This document shows, piece by piece, positions 10,285 to 19,660 of a DNA stretch of 64,000 nucleotides (its first letter is position 1; every line of letters starts with the position of its first letter). Made by a program: the position numbers and the translations under genes. The notes beneath the pieces are model-generated. The model ran no database searches. It was not told the DNA's origin and was given only the letters and a program-made list of their open reading frames with translations. The DNA comes from Abditibacterium sp. (lineage in GTDB: Bacteria; Armatimonadota; Abditibacteriia; Abditibacteriales; Abditibacteriaceae): positions 3,840,001 through 3,904,000 of the forward strand of contig CBDASK010000003.1 of assembly GCA_965199495.1 (NCBI GenBank), written 5' to 3'.

Positions 10285-10743
10285 TCAAAACGAATCCCGC
10301 CGTTTGTCGGAGAACTCGTGCGCTAAGCCCAACGTAATTTTCGCCCACGCCGGAACAGCAGGCACGCCGTCGCCGTGGCTGCTATGAAGTGACAGGTTTT
10401 CGATAATTCGCAACTGCGCGCGGCCCACTGCGGTTTGCGCGCATTCGAGCCAACGCGCGCGCAGACTTTCCAGCGCGATTTGGTTCGTCAGTTCATCCAA
10501 TCGTGACTGACGAGCGCTTTTGGGAAATGGCAAATCTTCGCTCAACTCGAACGCCAGGCGCGCGCGTTCGTTGGCAATGCTTGCGGCGCGGCGCGCGACT
10601 TCGCGCGTTAATTTGTCGCGCAAATTGGCGTTGACCAGAGCATCCACGCTCAAAGTAAAATTCCACAAACGCGGACGTAAATGCGCCAACAGTAAAACAT
10701 CGGCGCGGTGCAGAGAATCGAATTCGATGTCGTCGAAAATCAT
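10285..10743 (-). CDS. Hypothetical protein
   Basis: 152-aa ORF co-oriented with neighbours, native-like codon usage, no recognised motif. Confidence 0.6.
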   Translation of the reverse strand: MIFDDIEFDSLHRADVLLLAHLRPRLWNFTLSVDALVNANLRDKLTREVARRAASIANERARLAFELSEDLPFPKSARQSRLDELTNQIALESLRARWLECAQTAVGRAQLRIIENLSLHSSHGDGVPAVPAWAKITLGLAHEFSDKRRDSF

Positions 10744-10989
10744 GATTTTGAAAAATCACGGCGCGACGCGGATTGTTGGAAGAAAAGGGAAACAACACCA
10801 TTTTCGGACTTTGTCCGCGCATCGCTGAACCACCGTAGCGTGTTGAAGCTCGGTTGGTGGGCCGCCTAGGGGCAGCCGCTCGTGATGTGGATCAAAGAGA
10901 TTAGTTGGTTTATTTTGCTTTGCCAAGGCGTGATTTAATTTCCCAGTTACTCCTCCCAAGCGTCGGTCGCTCGATGATTCGATTCCCTC

Positions 10990-12252
10990 TTAGGGATTGC
11001 GAATTCGATCAATGATTTTGGTGGCGTGCCCGCTCTCTCTGGACGTGACAGCTTGAACTGGCGTCGCATTACGTCTGCGGGGCACCAGCTTTTCGCGTAG
11101 CCGGAGTTGCGCAGGAGCCTCGAACCGACGGTAAACCAGAACCGATAGCGGAATCAAAATGGCAAAGAATAAAATGAGAATAAGGGGAGAATAATAGATG
11201 GAGTTATCTATTTTGAAATATCTGGTTGCAATATAAAATAAAATTTGTAGCGGGAAGTGGATAAGATAAGCGGCATAACTGGCTTCGCCGATAAACGCGA
11301 ATCGCTTGGCGGCGTCCGAAGTATAAGACTCGATAAGCGCCAGACAAATGATTGTCAGTGGAAATAAGAAAAACTTATAAACGCATCCCACGAGAAATTT
11401 CGGCAGCGAGCTGCCCGCTTCAATGCTCAAACCATATTGAGGATAATGCGCGGAAACATAACTGATAGTTGTCTGCGTAACTATCCATGCGACGGCGCAA
11501 AATATAACTATTAACCAGACCCTGTTTTTGAGGAAATCGCGCTGGTAAGCGTAGGAAAAGAGCTTGAACGCGAGGCCACCGAAGAAAAAGACCATCGCCG
11601 CTGAAGCGACATCTTTGATGCCGCCCGGCCCAACTTTGATGAGCAAAAAACTCGCGATAATAAAGAGCGCAAGGTGCCACCAACGCGTGAGACCTTTCAG
11701 ACAACCCAACGCGAAGACGACGTAGAGCAGAACTTCGACGGAAATTGACCACGAAGGACTATTGAACGAGTAGCCCTGTTGAAATCCCCAGTGATTGGCC
11801 AGAAATAGGTGCAGAAAAAAGTGATAGGCATCGTTATTGGGGTGCAAGAAAAATGAGCCAAATTCGGCTTTAACTGTGACTTGTAAAAGAAGAACTAAAA
11901 GTAACGTCGCGAAATGAAGCGGATAGAGACGCGAGAAACGGAGCAAGCCGAAGTCCTTTAAATTGACTTTCTTTTCCGCGATTTGTCTGGCATAGAGCCA
12001 GTAAAAAATGAAGCCCGACAAACAGAAAAAGAGTTGGACGGCCCGCCAACCTTCCGCATAAAAAGTGTGTAATAAAGCGCTAAACGGCAGCAGTTGCGGA
12101 TTATATTTGGTTTGTTCTGTCCCTATATAAAAAAAGACTTCCCAGTGATAAAGCACAACGCAAAATGCGGCGAGTCCCCGTAATATATCGAGAGAGTAAA
12201 GATGCCTGGGAATTGCGTTGGTGCGGCTGGTGTTGTTCATGTTGTTGGGCAT
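10990..12252 (-). CDS. Acyltransferase-3 (OafA/OatA-like) membrane O-acyltransferase
   Basis: SLDILRGLAA..VV.YH, V.LFF.LSGF, RFSRLYP, WSISVE, YLIHFP, RRFEAP; visibly AT-rich. Confidence 0.9.
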   Translation of the reverse strand: MPNNMNNTSRTNAIPRHLYSLDILRGLAAFCVVLYHWEVFFYIGTEQTKYNPQLLPFSALLHTFYAEGWRAVQLFFCLSGFIFYWLYARQIAEKKVNLKDFGLLRFSRLYPLHFATLLLVLLLQVTVKAEFGSFFLHPNNDAYHFFLHLFLANHWGFQQGYSFNSPSWSISVEVLLYVVFALGCLKGLTRWWHLALFIIASFLLIKVGPGGIKDVASAAMVFFFGGLAFKLFSYAYQRDFLKNRVWLIVIFCAVAWIVTQTTISYVSAHYPQYGLSIEAGSSLPKFLVGCVYKFFLFPLTIICLALIESYTSDAAKRFAFIGEASYAAYLIHFPLQILFYIATRYFKIDNSIYYSPLILILFFAILIPLSVLVYRRFEAPAQLRLREKLVPRRRNATPVQAVTSRESGHATKIIDRIRNP

Positions 12253-12399
12253 GTTTTACGGGCTTTCTCAAAAACCACTGAAATGATACTACAAAACATT
12301 ATTTAGGAGCGAATGCGAATTTTGAATACGGAACAGCGATTGCAAAGATATCGCGCTGTGAGCCGCCCTGTGAGGCGCTCGTCATAAAGCAAAATTATC

Positions 12400-12888
12400 A
12401 TGCTCCGTAATCAAGATTCTGCCCCCGAATTTACTCTCCAAGACCAAGATGGAAAACAACGCACTTTAACAGAACTGCGCGGCGATAAACCGTTACTGTT
12501 GTTCTATTATCGCGGCGCGTTTTGCCCGACTTCTCACAAACAGTTGACTGACTACGCCGATATTTATTCGCGTTTCAAGCCATTGGGCGCAAATCTCGTC
12601 GCCGTCAGCGTGGACGCCCCCGAAACTTCCAAACAATTGGCGGGCGAATTAAAAGTTCAATTCCCACTTTTGTCCGACTCCGATTTTTCGCTCGCGCAAA
12701 GTTACGGCGTCTACAAATCGGACGACACCGAAGGCCCGCAACCGCACGGCGAACCGGCGATTTTCATTATTGATTCGGATGGCAAAATCGCCTATTCGCA
12801 AATCCAAACCGGCCCGAAAGGCAGCGCCAATCCCGCCGAACTCGCCCTCGTTTTGCTTTATATGCGCGACAACGGCGGCAAATATTGA
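12400..12888 (+). CDS. AhpC/TSA-family peroxiredoxin-like protein
   Basis: APEFTLQDQDG, YRGAFCPTS, AVSVD, FPLLSD, PAIFIID.DGKI. Confidence 0.85.
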   Translation: MLRNQDSAPEFTLQDQDGKQRTLTELRGDKPLLLFYYRGAFCPTSHKQLTDYADIYSRFKPLGANLVAVSVDAPETSKQLAGELKVQFPLLSDSDFSLAQSYGVYKSDDTEGPQPHGEPAIFIIDSDGKIAYSQIQTGPKGSANPAELALVLLYMRDNGGKY

Positions 12889-12900
12889 TTTGCGACAACG

Positions 12901-12937
12901 AAAAAGCGGCGCGAACCGAAAGGTTCGCGCCGCTTTT
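12901..12937. terminator. Bidirectional intrinsic terminator
   Basis: aaaaagcggcgcgaacc-gaaa-ggttcgcgccgctttt, a perfect stem with GAAA loop. Confidence 0.85.
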
Positions 12938-13004
12938 AGTTATTCAGCATTGTCTCAAGAGAAGAAATGAGCTTTCAGTCTTTACTGCGGTGTTATCCCT
13001 ATTT

Positions 13005-14120
13005 AATAGGACTTACGCAGAAGCCAAGTTGATGGTAGGTCTTTTGAGTTGTTGAACGAGGTAGTCTCGCAGCAAGCCGTGCTTGAGTTGGTAGACGTTT
13101 GTGAGATTGCGGTGAGCAATGGCGGTCAATCGTGTCCAGACCAAAAGCGCGCAGTGGACGTGGTTACGCTGAATGCGAGCTTTGCGGCATTGGCAGCTCT
13201 CGATGCCTGTGAGTTGCTTGATTTCTCGGTGATACTGCTCAATCTTCCAGCGCACGGCACACACCTTTCGTGTCTCTTGCGTGGAATCCTGAGACAAGTC
13301 GTTGGTCACGACGTAGTCCGTGCGGCTGGAAGAAACCGGCACCCGGAACAGTTGCACCTTGAACTCTTTAGCAAACCCATAAACCTTGATCTTTTTGCCC
13401 GTTTGTAACTCTGCTTCGCTCCACTCCAACTCACTCACCGCGCGGTAAGGTCGCTCACCAAAGCTATCATCGACTTTGCGGTTGCTTTTGAGCGGACAGT
13501 AGAACAGCTTCTTGTCGGCACCGGCACCGGCACCGGCACCGGCACTGTCCTCCTGTTGGGTGTTTTGGTGCCAGTTCTCGATTGTCCACATCAGGTGTTT
13601 GGTGGCATACCACGAGTCCATCAGCACGGTTTGAAACGGAATTGCCCGCGCCTTGATGCTTTGCAGCATCTCTTCGACATGGTCGAGCTTGCTTTTGCCG
13701 TCGCCATCGGGGTCGAAGATGCGGTAGTCAATGACCCAAAACTGCTCGGTTTCGGGATGGACATAGAGGCACGAGACCAGACCGATACCGCGCACGATAC
13801 CATGAGCGTTGCCGCTCCATTGTCTGCGCGTGGTCTCGATAGAGGGGCCAAAGCTCTTGTCCAACACCGTGTCGTCGAACACGATAAACCCACTCGCGCA
13901 CGGCTGGTAAACTTCGCGCACGTTCTCCCACAACAAACGCGGGGTGAGCTTCTCCCCGCGCAGGTAGCGGTTGAGACGGTCATGGGACAGCTCTTCCACA
14001 TGAGCGGCCATGTTAGTCAAGGTGTAATTGACCGGGCTGCTCAGAAGATATTGGCAGTAATCCAGTTTGCTCAAACTCATCAGAAAAAGTCTAAATCAAC
14101 GCCCCTGCGTAAGTCCTATT
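13005..14120 (-). mobile_element. IS701-family insertion sequence
   Basis: Perfect 16-bp terminal inverted repeats aataggacttacgcag (13005-13020) / ctgcgtaagtcctatt (14105-14120) around a DDE transposase; exact ends uncertain by a few bp. Confidence 0.9.
13013..14080 (-). CDS. IS701-family DDE transposase
   Basis: YCQYLLSS..NYT.T, FDDTVLDK, WSGNAH, MDSWYA, RWKIEQYHREIKQLTGIE.CQCRK.R.QRNH. Confidence 0.93.
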   Translation of the reverse strand: MSLSKLDYCQYLLSSPVNYTLTNMAAHVEELSHDRLNRYLRGEKLTPRLLWENVREVYQPCASGFIVFDDTVLDKSFGPSIETTRRQWSGNAHGIVRGIGLVSCLYVHPETEQFWVIDYRIFDPDGDGKSKLDHVEEMLQSIKARAIPFQTVLMDSWYATKHLMWTIENWHQNTQQEDSAGAGAGAGADKKLFYCPLKSNRKVDDSFGERPYRAVSELEWSEAELQTGKKIKVYGFAKEFKVQLFRVPVSSSRTDYVVTNDLSQDSTQETRKVCAVRWKIEQYHREIKQLTGIESCQCRKARIQRNHVHCALLVWTRLTAIAHRNLTNVYQLKHGLLRDYLVQQLKRPTINLASA

Positions 14121-14478
14121 TATAATTTCTTACTGTGAAATCGTGCCCTGTTCTGTAAACAAGTATTTCGCCTGACTTTGTTTTATCACCCGTCACTTCT
14201 ATGTTCCCACCGACGCGCAATTTGGCAGCAGAATCCCTGACAAAGTTTTGTGTTGGGCCAGAGGGAATAATTACTCTGAAAATTTTGCCTTGAGAATTTT
14301 TTATTCTCAAGACGGCTGGTTTGAGAGATTTCGGCGAGGCTTGGTTTGTTGCTAATACTTGTCCCGAAACAACTGTAAATTTGCTCGCCGTCGATGGAGT
14401 TCTACTGCATCCGCAAAGAACGCCCCCGATTGCAAAAACTCCGAGGAGTGCGAATGTGTCAGTTATTTTCATTTTCAT
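14116..14478 (-). CDS. AT-rich lipoprotein of unknown function
   Basis: Signal peptide with lipobox LCGC; its stop codon lies inside the IS inverted repeat. Confidence 0.7.
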   Translation of the reverse strand: MKMKITDTFALLGVFAIGGVLCGCSRTPSTASKFTVVSGQVLATNQASPKSLKPAVLRIKNSQGKIFRVIIPSGPTQNFVRDSAAKLRVGGNIEVTGDKTKSGEILVYRTGHDFTVRNYK

Positions 14479-14517
14479 GTTTTCAAGGATACAGTTTTAA
14501 ATTGTGGTCGTCAAATG

Positions 14518-14552
14518 AAAAGCGGCACGAACCGAATGATTCGCGCCGCTTT
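14518..14552 (-). terminator. Intrinsic terminator after catalase (diverged copy of 12902-12936)
   Basis: aaaagcggcacgaaccgaatgattcgcgccgcttt, 32/35 identical to the 12902 hairpin. Confidence 0.7.
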
Positions 14553-14571
14553 CTTGTGCTTCAATCTCACC

Positions 14572-16212
14572 TTATTTCGCCATCTCTTTCACGCTCGAAA
14601 CGCCATTGCTCGAACCGTTGCCGTTCGACGTGGCTGCGTCCATCGAACCGTTCATTTCGGACTTCATCGCTTTCATCTTCGCGATGCCGTCTTTGACGCG
14701 GCGACCGTAATCTTCGTCGCACTGGGTGAACATTTCGATCATTTTGTCCTGAATTTGGGGCGTGCAAACGCCGATGGCGCCGACCAAATTCGAGATCAAT
14801 TCGTCGCGCTCCCAATCCTCGAACGCGCGATATTGCGCGCCCGCTTGCGTGAACGGGTCTTGGCGCGGCGTGACCTGGCGCACCAGATTGCCCTCGACAT
14901 AGGGCGTGTGATCGGCGCCCGCCGGAGTCGCTTCTTTCAGGCCGCCCAAAATCGAAGGCTCATAATTGACGTGCGGGTTGGCGCCCGGCGCCTGATCAAC
15001 GTGGAACGTCATCTGGCCGTCTCGCTGATTGGTCGTGGCTTTGACTTTGGGCGCGTTAATCGGCAGTTGCAAATAGTTCGGCCCGACGCGGTAACGCTGC
15101 GTGTCCGAATAGGATAGCGTGCGGCCAACGAGCATTTTATCGTCGGAGAAATCCAAGCCGTCCACCAGAACGCCAGTGCCAAATGAAACCTGCTCGACTT
15201 CGGCGAAGTAGTTGACAGGATTGCGATCCAAAACCATGCGGCCAATCGGCAGGAACGGGAACTGGTCTTCGGGCCAGATGTTGGTGTCGTCCAAAACGTC
15301 GAACGGCATTTTGTCGCCCTCTTCGTCGGTCATCAATTGCACGGCAAACTCCCATTCGGGAAAGTCGCCGCGTTCGATGGCTTCATATAAATCCTGCGTG
15401 GCGTGGTTAAAGTTGGTCGCCTGAATTTCGTTGGCCTGTTTTTGCGTCAAATTGTGAACGCCCTGCTTGGGAATCCAGTGGTATTTCACCAAAATGCCTT
15501 CGCCCGCCTCGTTATACCATTTGTAAGTGTTGACGCCCGCGCCATCCATGAAGCGGTAGCTCGCCGGAATGCCGTAGGGCGAAAACAAAAACGTAATCAT
15601 GTGCATCGATTCCGGCATCTGGGAGATGAAATCGAACTGACGGCGCGAATCCTGACGGTTGGTGACCGGATCGGGCTTGAACGCGTGAATCACGTCGGGA
15701 AACTTGATGGCGTCGCGAATGAAAAACACGCGCAGGTTGTTGCCGACCAAATCCCAGTTGCCGTCTTCGGTGTAAAACTTGACCGCGAAACCGCGCGGAT
15801 CGCGCAAAGTTTCGGGCGAAGTGCCGCCGTGAATCACCGTCGAAAATCGCACGAAAACCGGCGTGCGCTTGCCCTTTTCCTGAAACAGTTTGGCGCGCGT
15901 ATATTTGGAAATCGGCTGGTCGCCGACGGTGCCGTACGCCTCGAAATAGCCGTGCGCGCCCGCGCCGCGCGCGTGAACTACGCGTTCGGGAATGCGCTCG
16001 CGATCGAAGTGCGTGATTTTTTCGAGAAACTGATAATTCTCCAAAGTCGCCGGGCCACGCGGCCCAACGGTGCGCGTGGATTGGTTATTCGTGACCGGAT
16101 GGCCCTGTCGCGTGGTTAAGGTGCCGTTGCCGGTGGCTCCGTCGTTGACAGTCGCCACGTCGGAGCCATCGGCCAATTGTTGAATGAGTTGTGAATCGGT
16201 TTGTCGTGCCAT
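14572..16212 (-). CDS. katA: Monofunctional heme catalase
   Basis: [15 protein letters not shown] active site, [34 protein letters not shown] heme-ligand motif; start moved to MARQTD. Confidence 0.95.
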   Translation of the reverse strand: MARQTDSQLIQQLADGSDVATVNDGATGNGTLTTRQGHPVTNNQSTRTVGPRGPATLENYQFLEKITHFDRERIPERVVHARGAGAHGYFEAYGTVGDQPISKYTRAKLFQEKGKRTPVFVRFSTVIHGGTSPETLRDPRGFAVKFYTEDGNWDLVGNNLRVFFIRDAIKFPDVIHAFKPDPVTNRQDSRRQFDFISQMPESMHMITFLFSPYGIPASYRFMDGAGVNTYKWYNEAGEGILVKYHWIPKQGVHNLTQKQANEIQATNFNHATQDLYEAIERGDFPEWEFAVQLMTDEEGDKMPFDVLDDTNIWPEDQFPFLPIGRMVLDRNPVNYFAEVEQVSFGTGVLVDGLDFSDDKMLVGRTLSYSDTQRYRVGPNYLQLPINAPKVKATTNQRDGQMTFHVDQAPGANPHVNYEPSILGGLKEATPAGADHTPYVEGNLVRQVTPRQDPFTQAGAQYRAFEDWERDELISNLVGAIGVCTPQIQDKMIEMFTQCDEDYGRRVKDGIAKMKAMKSEMNGSMDAATSNGNGSSNGVSSVKEMAK

Positions 16213-16368
16213 AATGTTCGTTATACGAGAAGGGAGCGCCGCAAATTCGGTTCCCCGCGACGCATAAATTACGGCGATAAGCATAAAAAGCGGCAACCAA
16301 AATTCGAGTGCGCGGTTTGCGCACTCAAGTGCTTGAAGCGCCTTTCCATTTGCGCCAAATTAAAACGC

Positions 16369-16971
16369 ATGAACGCGCGCAAACTCTGCATAATTCGGCT
16401 CGCACTTTCACTATTGTTTGGCATTGCAGTGGCGAGTGTGCCACTTCATTTGATTTTGGGTGGCGCACAGACCAACTCGACATTGAGTTTTCAGAGTCGC
16501 ATCACTGACATTTATCTGAAAAAATTAGATCGAATTGCACAGTTTGCTTACCAGACTACCGGCGTTTACCCAACGAAGTTAGCAGATTTGAGAGAGGTGC
16601 CGCGCGATGGCTGGAGTCGTCCGTTTTTGTATTCGTTGTCCGATGGCAAACCACTTGTCGAATCATTGGGGCGCGACGGCAAACGCGGCGGCGTGGGTTT
16701 AGATGCCGATTTATCTAATCTTAATCCTAACCCGCCACAAGCGCGTATCCCGTTTTGGGCGCGCCTTTTTGAGCGCGAAGCGCAGGGTATCGTGCTGGCT
16801 TCTCTCTCCTGTGGAATCATGGCGGGCGCGCTCTTTTTCGCCGGAGTGCGCCACCAAACTTTCTCATCGAAAACTTTGCCCGTCTTGGCGATTTCGCTGC
16901 TGCTTTCGCTGGCTCTCGCCGCCTTTGGCGCGCTGACCATCGCCACTTTCCACATTCCTTCGGGCCACTGA
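16369..16971 (+). CDS. Membrane protein with GspG/T2SSG C-terminal-like domain
   Basis: YPTKLADL..VPRDGWSRPFLY..SLGRDGKRGG.G.DADL flanked by one N-terminal and two C-terminal hydrophobic helices. Confidence 0.7.
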   Translation: MNARKLCIIRLALSLLFGIAVASVPLHLILGGAQTNSTLSFQSRITDIYLKKLDRIAQFAYQTTGVYPTKLADLREVPRDGWSRPFLYSLSDGKPLVESLGRDGKRGGVGLDADLSNLNPNPPQARIPFWARLFEREAQGIVLASLSCGIMAGALFFAGVRHQTFSSKTLPVLAISLLLSLALAAFGALTIATFHIPSGH

Positions 16972-16974
16972 ACC

Positions 16975-17403
16975 ATGAAAACTTATTCGCCCAAGCGCGA
17001 CGCTTTGTGGTTGTTCTCCGTCGCGTTATTTGTTCTCAACAAAGTTTGGATTAAACCCAATTTCGCCGGTTGGTTCTGGCACGGCTCGCTCAACGATGTT
17101 TTGTGTTTGCCGGTGTGGATGCCGATTTGCGTCTGGATTTTTGCCAAACTCAAACTGCGCGATAACGCGCCGCCGCGTCCGCTCGAAATCGCGATTTGTC
17201 TGTTGTTTTGGTCGTGGGTCTTTGAAGTTTGGCTGCCGAAAACCGACGTTTTTGGCAAATTTTCGGCGGGCGATCCGTATGATGTTTTGGCTTACACAGT
17301 CGGCGGATTGGTGGGCTGGATTTGGTGGGAAACCGTTTTTAGCCACAAAGGACACAGAGAACGCTCAGAGGGGCACAGAGAAAACGAAGAAAGTAATTTG
17401 TAA
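16975..17403 (+). CDS. Small integral membrane protein
   Basis: Hydrophobic helices, ND.LC.P, FE..LP, GDP.D.LAY..G; C-terminus runs into repeat B2. Confidence 0.75.
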   Translation: MKTYSPKRDALWLFSVALFVLNKVWIKPNFAGWFWHGSLNDVLCLPVWMPICVWIFAKLKLRDNAPPRPLEIAICLLFWSWVFEVWLPKTDVFGKFSAGDPYDVLAYTVGGLVGWIWWETVFSHKGHRERSEGHRENEESNL

Positions 17404-17486
17404 AAGAACATCAGCAGAATATCGCTTCTTTGTAAGCTATTTTCTTCGTTTTCTCTGTGCGTTCTCTGTGTCCTCTGTGGCTAAAA
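17337..17486. repeat. Inverted-repeat element family B copy 2
   Basis: ttttagccacaaaggacacagagaacgc ... gcgttctctgtgtcctctgtggctaaaa. Confidence 0.8.
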
Positions 17487-18776
17487 TTAATCTTGAAACT
17501 CGAAGCTAATCTTGCCAACATGAACGGTGTCGCCGACTTTGACGCCCGCCTCGCGCATTTCAGTCAGGGCGCCGTTTCTGTCCAGAATGCGATGCACATA
17601 AAACATCGCTTCGTCGTTGGTCGTGTTGAAGCGCTTCATTAAACGTTCGATGCTGCCGCCGCGCACTTCCCATTCGCTTTTGCCGTCGGCGAAGCGCGCG
17701 CTTTCGGTAATGTCCAACGGCTCGTCCGCCGTGGCTGTAGTGACGACCATCGGCTCTTCCTGCTGAGCGATGCGCTTTTCGCGCTCGACTTCGACGAAGT
17801 GCATCGCGCGCCACAACAACGGTTCGAGGCCCGATTGCGTCGCCGCACTGATGCGAAAGACTTCGCAACCACGCGCCACAAAACGCGCTTCGAGCGCCTC
17901 CACTTCGGGCATCAACTCGTCGTCAATGATATCCATTTTGGTGAGCGCCACCAACTGCGGGCGCTGAATCAGTTCGGCGTCCCACATCTTGAGTTCGCGA
18001 TTGATGCTCAGAAAATTGCGAAAAGCGTGCGGTTGCGTTGGGTCAACGAGGTGAATGAAAACCGGTGCGCGTTCGATATGCTTGAGAAATTGCTGGCCCA
18101 GACCAACGCCTTTATGAGCGCCGCGAATTAGGCCGGGAATATCGGCGGCCACGAAAATATGGCCGGGATCGAGTTTGACCACGCCCAAATTCGGCGTGAG
18201 TGTCGTAAACGGGTAAGCCGCGATTTTCGGTTTGGCCGCGCTAATTGCGCTCACCAAAGTTGATTTGCCCGCGTTGGGCAAGCCGATAAGAGCCACGTCG
18301 GCCAACAACTTCAGCGAAAGTAGCAACGTGCGCTCTTCGCCGTCGGCGCCGTTTTCGGAAAACTTGGGCGCGTGACGCGCGCTCGTGGTGAAATGCACGT
18401 TGCCGCGTCCACCCGTTCCGCCCGCCGCCGCCACATATTTTTGGCCGTTGGCGGTTAAATCGGCCAATTTTTCGCCGGTCGCTTTATCGAAAATCTGCGT
18501 GCCGATGGGAACCGGAATGCGCACCGATTTGCCGTCGCGCCCTTTGCGCCGCGAGCCTTCGCCGTGACGCCCGCGTTCGCCTTTGTGGTGACGTTGGCGC
18601 GACAGTTCTAATAAAGTCGCGCGATGCGGATCGGCGTAAAGTATCACTGAACCGCCCGCGCCGCCGTCGCCGCCGCTCGGCCCACCCAAAGGCACATATT
18701 TCTCGCGCCGAAAGGCCACGATGCCGTTGCCGCCGCCGCCCGCTTTCACTTCAATTGTCGCTTCATCAATAAACAT
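17487..18776 (-). CDS. obgE: GTPase ObgE/CgtA
   Basis: FRREKYVP.GGP.GGDGG, GLPNAGKST, YPFTTL.PNLG, DIPGLI, C-terminal DUF1967-like GVKVGDTV. Confidence 0.97.
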   Translation of the reverse strand: MFIDEATIEVKAGGGGNGIVAFRREKYVPLGGPSGGDGGAGGSVILYADPHRATLLELSRQRHHKGERGRHGEGSRRKGRDGKSVRIPVPIGTQIFDKATGEKLADLTANGQKYVAAAGGTGGRGNVHFTTSARHAPKFSENGADGEERTLLLSLKLLADVALIGLPNAGKSTLVSAISAAKPKIAAYPFTTLTPNLGVVKLDPGHIFVAADIPGLIRGAHKGVGLGQQFLKHIERAPVFIHLVDPTQPHAFRNFLSINRELKMWDAELIQRPQLVALTKMDIIDDELMPEVEALEARFVARGCEVFRISAATQSGLEPLLWRAMHFVEVEREKRIAQQEEPMVVTTATADEPLDITESARFADGKSEWEVRGGSIERLMKRFNTTNDEAMFYVHRILDRNGALTEMREAGVKVGDTVHVGKISFEFQD

Positions 18777-18820
18777 TTGGCTCTAAGTGTAGTGTTTTGG
18801 CGGCGCGCTAATGACGCGAC

Positions 18821-19660
18821 TTAAAAATCGGTCGCCGTGGCTGCTGCTTCGCACGCGTCCAAATCGGCCTGCACCTGCCCGATTTTCTGGTGCGCCATAT
18901 CGTAGGCATCGGCGCCCAGAAACAGATGAAGCGGCGGCGCTTCCTGCGCGGCGATTTCGATGAGGACGCGCGCCGCTTTGTGCGGATCGCCCGGCTGGTT
19001 GCCCTTGACGCCCTCGTGAAACGCCTCCGATTCGCGCGCGCTCTGGTAGGCCGCGATGGGATTTTTCGCCAAATTGAGCGAGCCGCTATCCAGAAATTCG
19101 GTGCGGAAATAACCGGGATAAACAACCGTTACGCCGATGCCAAAGGGCGCGGCTTCGGCGCCCAGCGATTCGGACAGACCAGCCACGGCAAACTTGGTCG
19201 CGCAGTAAACGCCCCAACCGGCGAAACCGCCGTTGTAACCGCCGATGGATGAGATGTTGAAAATGTGCCCTGAACCCTGCGCGCGCAAATGCGGCATCGC
19301 AGCGCGCGTGACGTTGAGCAAACCGAAAACGTTGACCTCGAAGTTGGCGCGCGCCTCGGCGTCGGACAGCTCTTCGAGCGCGCCCAACTGCCCGTAACCG
19401 GCGTTGTTGACGACAACATCCAAACGGCTCCATTTCTCCAGCGTTTGCTGGAGCGCGTCGCCGACGCTTTGTTCGTCGCTCAAGTCGGTTTCGAGCGGCA
19501 GGAAGTTATCGGTTTCCTCGCTCACAGCTTCAACCAACGCCGACATTTGGCGCGAAGTCGCGGCGACGCGATGGCCCGCTTTGAGTAGTTCTTGCACTTG
19601 CGCCAAACCGAGGCCTTTGGAGGCGCCGGTGACAAACCAGATTTGTGAAGTGTTGTTCAT
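18821..19660 (-). CDS. Short-chain dehydrogenase/reductase
   Basis: TGASKGLG, NNAGYG, YCATK. Confidence 0.93.
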   Translation of the reverse strand: MNNTSQIWFVTGASKGLGLAQVQELLKAGHRVAATSRQMSALVEAVSEETDNFLPLETDLSDEQSVGDALQQTLEKWSRLDVVVNNAGYGQLGALEELSDAEARANFEVNVFGLLNVTRAAMPHLRAQGSGHIFNISSIGGYNGGFAGWGVYCATKFAVAGLSESLGAEAAPFGIGVTVVYPGYFRTEFLDSGSLNLAKNPIAAYQSARESEAFHEGVKGNQPGDPHKAARVLIEIAAQEAPPLHLFLGADAYDMAHQKIGQVQADLDACEAAATATDF

